Of a stretch of 64,000 bases of DNA, positions 58,671 through 64,000 are shown in pieces; positions within the stretch are counted from its first letter, which is position 1; every line of letters starts with the position of its first letter. The position numbers and the translations under genes were made by a program. The stretch covers positions 128,001 to 192,000 of the IMG/VR virus record IMGVR_UViG_3300045988_180675; one strand, 5' to 3'. The stretch comes from a virus. The notes beneath the pieces are model-generated. The model saw only the letters and a list, made by a program, of their open reading frames with translations, did not search any database and was not told the origin of the DNA.

Positions 58671-61584
58671 TTTCTTTTTTGTATAACAATACCATATATC
58701 CAACGATAGCAAACAAGGATGATAAACATAGGAATGTGAATCCATACATCGCTGCACCAGTGTCTGCTGGCTTGCTACTTGGCTTGTTAGCTGTATTGTA
58801 CTTCTTTGCAAAATCTAGTTCGTGATTTGCCTCGTATTTGACATAGATTATCATGTCATCGTTTACGACTTCTTCGAATGTAACAGGATCTGTCATCGCT
58901 GCATCCTTGTAGAACCCGATAAAATCATATCCATTAATTTTGATGCCAGAAAACCTTGGCAGAACTTCTCCAAATGTAACATCAAACTCATTGTATCTTG
59001 GACCATCTGCAATATTTGCAATGAAGGAAATATGTCCAGATGTCTTATTCGTTTCGACACGTACATCTAATGAAGCTTCCTTCTTCGTGATGTCATATTC
59101 TACTGTTCCTACGATATGCATTCCATCTGGAGCAGTTAGATCTTGGTTTGTGATCTTATCACCAATATTCTTCTTTAAATCTTCTTGTTTAACGATGTTT
59201 TCATCTTTATCTTTATAAATGATTTTAACGACAGCATCGCTAGATTCGTTTTCTTCTACAGTTCTTTCGATCTTGTCATCTTTTCCTGTAACAGTGTACT
59301 CATCGAACTTGTCAACAAAGTGCATTCCGTCTGGAGTAGATGGTAGTTCTGATTCTTTGATGTTGCTACCAATCTTTTTCTTTAATTCTTCAGCCTTAAT
59401 TTCTTTGCCATTCTTGTCCTTGTAGACAACCTTAACTGTTACCTCGTTATAATCAACTGCTCTTTCAATTTTGTTGTCTTTTTCAGTAACGGTATAATCT
59501 GTTGGATCACCAATAAAATGTGTTCCATCTGGTGCAGTCAGATCGTTATCTGTTACCTTTTCGCCGACCTTCCTTGCAACATCTTCTTCTTTTACAACTT
59601 TTCCATCTGAATCCTTATAGATAACGTGTACAATTACTTGTGTTGCTGTGTCATCGTCTACAAGTCTTGTGATTTGGTCATTCTTTCCTGTTACAGTGTA
59701 GCCTGTAAATTCATCAATGAAGTGCATGTTGCTTGGTAAGGCAGGTAAATCTTCGCTTGTTACAACATCCTTGACCTTCTTGGTGATAACTTCTGTCTTT
59801 ACAACATCTTCACCTTTCTTATAGATGACGCCAATTTCTACTGTGTTGTATTCGATCAATGCTACGAACTTGTTGTCATCTTCGTTTTCGGACACTGTAT
59901 GATTCACCTCTTCTGCTAAATGAGTTCCTTCTGGAGCATGTAAGTCATCATTTGTGATCTTAGAGCCGATCGGTTTTACAATTTCCTCTGTTCCAGCAGT
60001 AATACCATTTGCGTCATTGTAAGTGATGAATGATTTAGCGGTATTCATTGCTAGTGTGCGTTCAATCTTATTGACGCCATCAACCACTTTATAGCTTACG
60101 AATTCATCTGTAAAATGCATGTTTGGTAGGGCTGGGGGAAGATCTGATTCTTTGATAACCTGGTTTGTATCAAACTCAAAATCTTGGGCAAATGCTTGGC
60201 TTCCGTCTTCTAGTTTATATACAACTGAAACCATTGCCTTTCTTTCTGCTGGAGAAACAGGAGTATTTCGTTTTACAATACGAACAATTTCGTTGTTGTT
60301 GTCTGTGATCGTGTATGTAGAGAATGTATCCTTAAATTCTAAGTTGCTTTGTAGTTTAGGTAGATCGGACTCTTTAATAACACTATTTGGTAACTCCCAT
60401 TGTGTCTTTTCTAATATAGTTTCGCCATCTTCATATTTATAGAGAATGTGCAACTGTTTCTTGTCATCAAGCGTCAACTCAATATCTTCTCCACGAGTTC
60501 GTCCTGCTGGAAATTCATTTTCTACAATATAGTAACTTCTGTTTTTATCAAAATTTGCTCTATTTAAGATGCCAGCTTCTGAATATGTAGTAATATCCGC
60601 AGATAGTGTGTCTTTTGTTGCAAGGCGGTAATCGTTTTCCATTGGTCCATTAAATACCTTTAATGCCTTGTTATCTTCGATTTTTTCTTTTGACATTACA
60701 GATGAGAATTCTGAATTGTTTATAAATTCATCTGTAAAATCACGATGGTCTTTCCAACGGTATGTGATCTTAGCAAATGATGGAGTTTGCTTCCATGGTT
60801 TTAGTAGTCCTCTATCATTGTGATCTTCATCTCCAAAATATCCGAATCTGATTTGAGGGATGTTCCAACCTGCTCTAATTGGGAATGTTGTATGCACGCC
60901 CTTTTTATCAAATTGTAACAATTCGAAAGATGGGTTGGATGCCTTCAGATTATCGTTCCAAACCTTTAACTCTGGATTCGCTTCGTAAATAGCGGCTCTG
61001 ATTTGCTCCTTATCATAATTTGTTACATCTTCTAGTCTGAATGCTTCACTACTGTTTTCTAGTGAGTACAATCTGATATTACGATTGACCTTAATGATGT
61101 TATAAGAGATTATATTTGCTGCTCTGTTTCCAGTAGTGGTCTTAACAACATTTTCTCCATATTGTAAGAAGTAGTCGTTATACTTTTCTTGTGCTGGTAC
61201 GATTGATGCACGATATGCAAAAGTATTGCCGTCTGGGTTTTCTTCGATTTGGACCTCTGGAGTTGTAAATTCGTAATTTTTGTTTCCTACAGTTTGATTC
61301 AGCTCTGCATTATCACTAATGTAAGTTTTGGAAATAGTCTTAGACTGATTACCAATTGAATATTCAAACTTAAACCCGATGTTTCCGTCTGCAAAATATT
61401 TTGCAAATTCGGTGTTCTCGTCTGAACCTTCATTTTTTTCTTTGAAAAGAAATACCGTTTGATGGGACGTTGTTTCTTCTTCAGCATGTACATTTGTGAT
61501 ACTTGGAATGATGCTTGATGTAGACATTAGACCAGCCAGAATTACAGTCGTTAGTCTATTTTTTAAATTCTTTTTTGTGAACAT
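58660..61584 (-). CDS. Wall-anchored adhesin with ~7 MucBP-like repeats and a Listeria-Bacteroides-type repeat (974 aa)
   Basis: Start moved to ATG 61584 (RBS AAAGGAG; signal peptide MFTKKNLKNRL..NVHAEE). Repeats of the form V.YKD..GK....E......G..I....L......F.DEF..YTV. GYDFIGFYKDAAMTDPV. C-terminal KPADTG + hydrophobic segment + KKEKMD. Confidence 0.75.
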   Translation of the reverse strand: MFTKKNLKNRLTTVILAGLMSTSSIIPSITNVHAEEETTSHQTVFLFKEKNEGSDENTEFAKYFADGNIGFKFEYSIGNQSKTISKTYISDNAELNQTVGNKNYEFTTPEVQIEENPDGNTFAYRASIVPAQEKYNDYFLQYGENVVKTTTGNRAANIISYNIIKVNRNIRLYSLENSSEAFRLEDVTNYDKEQIRAAIYEANPELKVWNDNLKASNPSFELLQFDKKGVHTTFPIRAGWNIPQIRFGYFGDEDHNDRGLLKPWKQTPSFAKITYRWKDHRDFTDEFINNSEFSSVMSKEKIEDNKALKVFNGPMENDYRLATKDTLSADITTYSEAGILNRANFDKNRSYYIVENEFPAGRTRGEDIELTLDDKKQLHILYKYEDGETILEKTQWELPNSVIKESDLPKLQSNLEFKDTFSTYTITDNNNEIVRIVKRNTPVSPAERKAMVSVVYKLEDGSQAFAQDFEFDTNQVIKESDLPPALPNMHFTDEFVSYKVVDGVNKIERTLAMNTAKSFITYNDANGITAGTEEIVKPIGSKITNDDLHAPEGTHLAEEVNHTVSENEDDNKFVALIEYNTVEIGVIYKKGEDVVKTEVITKKVKDVVTSEDLPALPSNMHFIDEFTGYTVTGKNDQITRLVDDDTATQVIVHVIYKDSDGKVVKEEDVARKVGEKVTDNDLTAPDGTHFIGDPTDYTVTEKDNKIERAVDYNEVTVKVVYKDKNGKEIKAEELKKKIGSNIKESELPSTPDGMHFVDKFDEYTVTGKDDKIERTVEENESSDAVVKIIYKDKDENIVKQEDLKKNIGDKITNQDLTAPDGMHIVGTVEYDITKKEASLDVRVETNKTSGHISFIANIADGPRYNEFDVTFGEVLPRFSGIKINGYDFIGFYKDAAMTDPVTFEEVVNDDMIIYVKYEANHELDFAKKYNTANKPSSKPADTGAAMYGFTFLCLSSLFAIVGYMVLLYKKEKMD

Positions 61585-61610
61585 TGCTTTACTCCTTTCA
61601 CTAGTCTTAT

Positions 61611-61622
61611 ATATTATGCTAT
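61611..61622 (-). promoter_or_regulatory. Class-A promoter box ATAGCATAATAT
   Basis: 26 nt before ATG 61584. It lies inside the track's N-terminal extension, which argues against the 61629 start. Confidence 0.5.
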
Positions 61623-61627
61623 ATTTC

Positions 61628-61655
61628 AAAAAGAAAAGAAGGCTTTTTCGCCTTC
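61628..61655 (-). terminator. Rho-independent terminator after 61659-62258
   Basis: Minus strand GAAGGC-GAAAAA-GCCTTC followed by TTTTCTTTTT. Confidence 0.7.
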
Positions 61656-61658
61656 TTT

Positions 61659-62258
61659 TTAATTGGCGTTATAAAATTCTTCGTCATCGACAACAAATTG
61701 GCGTGTCTTCTTGAGTGTTTCTTGTTTTTCTTCACTTCCTTTTGTCTTGAAGGAATCAGCAATATTATTCGTACCAAGGAATCCTGTCTCATCATCATCC
61801 GTGGCTGCTAGAGCGGTTGTTTCTGCTTCACCAAGTTCTCCAGTAGGAGCTTGATTTGCATCCAATAAAGAAGTTTCCTCTTCTCCTGTAGACAGCATTG
61901 TTGTTTCGGTGTTACCACTATCCAATAAAGAGGTTTCTTCTTTCCCACTTTCTAAAGGAATCGGTTCTTTCTGTTCTTTCTTTATACCTTTTTCTTGAAT
62001 TGACTTCTTAATGTTTTCTACACGTTTAGAAAGTTCTGCGGAAGAGGAATTTGCATGAGGTTCATTTTTAATTTTTTGCACTTTCTTCTCTTCCTTTTTT
62101 ATTCTGCGACTAAAGTTTTTGTCTCGTTGCTTTAAAAGGGCTTTGTAGCCCCATGGCTTCAAAATAAACCCAACGGCAATAAAAATGATAACAAGCAGCA
62201 CTCCGATAATCAAACACCAGAATCCGATTATTTTTAATAAGTTTACGGTTTTTAACAT
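61659..62258 (-). CDS. Single-pass membrane protein with five ETxxL repeats (199 aa)
   Basis: N-terminal TM and a basic juxtamembrane stretch, then EETSLLD, TETTMLS, EETSLLD, AETTALA and DETGFLG. Its start is 5 nt after the kinase stop. Confidence 0.6.
   Translation of the reverse strand: MLKTVNLLKIIGFWCLIIGVLLVIIFIAVGFILKPWGYKALLKQRDKNFSRRIKKEEKKVQKIKNEPHANSSSAELSKRVENIKKSIQEKGIKKEQKEPIPLESGKEETSLLDSGNTETTMLSTGEEETSLLDANQAPTGELGEAETTALAATDDDETGFLGTNNIADSFKTKGSEEKQETLKKTRQFVVDDEEFYNAN
61773..61952 (-). repeat. Five ~10-aa-spaced E-T-x-x-L motifs (threonine repeats) in the 199-aa protein
   Basis: Visible at DNA level as repeated tccaataaaga(a/g)gtttc units and at protein level at aa 103-162. 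Confidence 0.6.
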
Positions 62259-62263
62259 ATTCT

Positions 62264-63985
62264 CTATTTTTTCTCCTGTTGATTGCTTCGATCAGAATAT
62301 ACCACGTCTAAATTGCTCTTTGCAGCTTTGATATTTGTCATGATCTGATCATATAACTCAACTTCATCACCCTTTAGACCGTGGGACTTTAATTCTTCTG
62401 TCTTTTTAGATATTGTATCAAGCTCTGATTTGATATCCTCGATTTTAATACCAGCGTTATAGAAGTTGACACCATTGGTATTTAATTGAAATGTAAGTTC
62501 TTTATAAACAACTAACGCTGTTTTGATATTATCCTTCTTTGCAATATCATCAGAAGAGATATCCATCAATTGCTTATAAAAGTTTTTGTAATCGACCTTT
62601 GTATCTCCAGCCTTATTTACATTTCCAGATTGGATATAGTAATCTGCGACCTGATAAAACTTCGATGCTCTTTCTTTCTTTTGTTCTTCTAATGAAGAAC
62701 TATTTCTTGCGATATCGAACCATGGTTTACTTAACTGCTTGTTTCCATCCGTTTCATAATAGTAAAAGTAGGCTAGTCCCATATTATACGCAAAATCATC
62801 GTATCCTTCTGAATTTCCATCTTTAAATCTATCCTGTACGGTCTTTCCATTTGTCTTATAGCCGACAAGGCTTGTTAGCTGGTTGGCTTCATTCTGACTA
62901 AAGTTTCCATCCTTCAGATATACATTATCCAAAAGTTCATCAAATGCCTCTGCTCTTGTTGGATCCAGTTTAATCGCATCTGAGTAATTTTTGATTTGAT
63001 CTTCATCTGTTACTGAGATACGTGCATTTTGAAGTTCTTCATCATAGGTATTTGCCAATAATGAATCTGCGTATAATCTAAGTCCAGTTGAAATCGAACA
63101 TAATAAGATTCCAACAAATCCGATCGTCATCCATCTATGATACGTTGCTGTCTGCTTCTTTAATGATTCAACCTCAAGCTCTTGATAATGTTCTAGGGCA
63201 AATTCCAATTCTTCTACCGTTTGATATCTATCATCAGGGTTATTTGCAATACATTTTAAAATGATTGATTCAAGACCAGATGATAGCGTCTTATCAATTC
63301 TTCTAATAGGAAGAAATTCATACGGAGGTTTTGTTGGGTTTTTCCCAGTGACAAGATGATACATCGTAGCACCAAGATTATAGATATCTGTTCTAGCATC
63401 TGATTGATGGTGCTGTTCTCCTTGGAATTGTTCAGGAGCAGCGTAGCCTCTGGTTCCTAAGAAGGTTGTATCTCCATCCTGTCCCCCCTTGTATTCTCTT
63501 GCTGTACCAAAGTCGATCAACATAATATTTCCATCTGGTTTTAACATGATGTTCCCTGGTTTCATATCACGGTAAATGATCGGAGGATTTAGTCCGTGCA
63601 GATATTTTAAAACCGAACATATCTGTAATGACCAATCCACGACATCTTCTTGAGATTGTTTTCCCTGCTCTTTCAAGATGTCACTCAATGTTCTACCTTC
63701 AATATAGTCCATAACGATCAAGAAAGTATCATCCTGATCAAAGATATCGACAATACTAGGTAAATGTTCATGCTTTAGGTGACGAAGGATATTTGCCTCT
63801 GTAACAAGGTTTTGCTTGATGATCTGCGAAGTTGCGGAAGTAGATGTTTTTTTGACTTCCTTAATTGCCCACTGCTTATTCACCTTTTCATTGATGGCTA
63901 ACCAGACCGTACTCATTCCACCTTGTCCAGTTCGGTTAATAATTTTGTATTTGCCATCTACTAGGTCCCCTATTCGAAGTCCCAT
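62264..63985 (-). CDS. Hanks-type serine/threonine protein kinase with TM and a helical-repeat extracytoplasmic domain (573 aa)
   Basis: G-loop GQGGMSTVW. Lys in WAIKEV. Catalytic loop YRDMKPGNIML. DFGTA. GTRGYAAPE. One TM helix (MTIGFVGILLCSISTGL), then a ~260-aa TPR-like C-terminal region. Confidence 0.85.
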   Translation of the reverse strand: MGLRIGDLVDGKYKIINRTGQGGMSTVWLAINEKVNKQWAIKEVKKTSTSATSQIIKQNLVTEANILRHLKHEHLPSIVDIFDQDDTFLIVMDYIEGRTLSDILKEQGKQSQEDVVDWSLQICSVLKYLHGLNPPIIYRDMKPGNIMLKPDGNIMLIDFGTAREYKGGQDGDTTFLGTRGYAAPEQFQGEQHHQSDARTDIYNLGATMYHLVTGKNPTKPPYEFLPIRRIDKTLSSGLESIILKCIANNPDDRYQTVEELEFALEHYQELEVESLKKQTATYHRWMTIGFVGILLCSISTGLRLYADSLLANTYDEELQNARISVTDEDQIKNYSDAIKLDPTRAEAFDELLDNVYLKDGNFSQNEANQLTSLVGYKTNGKTVQDRFKDGNSEGYDDFAYNMGLAYFYYYETDGNKQLSKPWFDIARNSSSLEEQKKERASKFYQVADYYIQSGNVNKAGDTKVDYKNFYKQLMDISSDDIAKKDNIKTALVVYKELTFQLNTNGVNFYNAGIKIEDIKSELDTISKKTEELKSHGLKGDEVELYDQIMTNIKAAKSNLDVVYSDRSNQQEKK

Positions 63986-64000
63986 TCTTCATCCCCCATT

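Noticed and set aside
61585-61629. N-terminal extension MKYSIIYKTSERSKA of the MucBP-like adhesin ORF
   Set aside because: The extension contains the class-A promoter box and has no RBS. ATG 61584 has RBS AAAGGAG and starts a normal signal peptide.
1-64000. CRISPR arrays, tRNA, rRNA, tmRNA, integrase/recombinase, relaxase and oriT
   Set aside because: I found no regularly spaced direct repeats, no cloverleaf-capable GC-rich segments and no recombinase or relaxase motifs by eye. The GC-rich patches at 12530-12660, 13900-13975 and 51376-51456 are explained by the IS ends/omega-RNA and the sRNA candidate. This is absence by inspection only, not by search.

Overview
AT-rich DNA of low-GC Gram-positive (Bacillota) type. 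38 of the 39 genes I can support run on the minus strand. The window reads as the transfer and surface-display region of a large conjugative plasmid or ICE. It carries a Firmicute-type T4SS: a VirB4-like ATPase, PrgI/VirB3-like and VirB6-like membrane proteins, a VirD4/TraG-type coupling protein, and a 1528-aa NlpC/P60 wall hydrolase. These genes are interleaved with a sortase-dependent pilus and adhesin set: a SpaA-type pilin, a 2707-aa LPSTG adhesin, class C and class B sortases, and five further 960-1900-aa surface proteins. Other element-encoded functions are a DnaE-type Pol III alpha (truncated by the window edge and absent from the ORF track), a DnaQ-like exonuclease, topoisomerase III, a sigma-70-like factor, an XRE regulator, a SecE paralogue, a four-gene operon ending in a HipA-like kinase, a Hanks kinase, a Csx16-like small-gene operon, and a TnpB-only IS200/IS605-family insertion with its omega-RNA region. 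The non-coding DNA is highly organised. Almost every gene ends in a hairpin terminator that is followed at once by one of three recurring promoter types: an ATAGCATAATAT box, a 40-nt promoter-plus-leader module, and sigma-A-like promoters with an ATAACAGTATAT spacer motif. There is one promoter-to-terminator unit that looks like a ~90-nt sRNA. I saw no rRNA, tRNA, CRISPR array, relaxase or recognisable oriT. All coordinates of RNA, promoter and terminator features were counted by hand and are approximate to a few nt.
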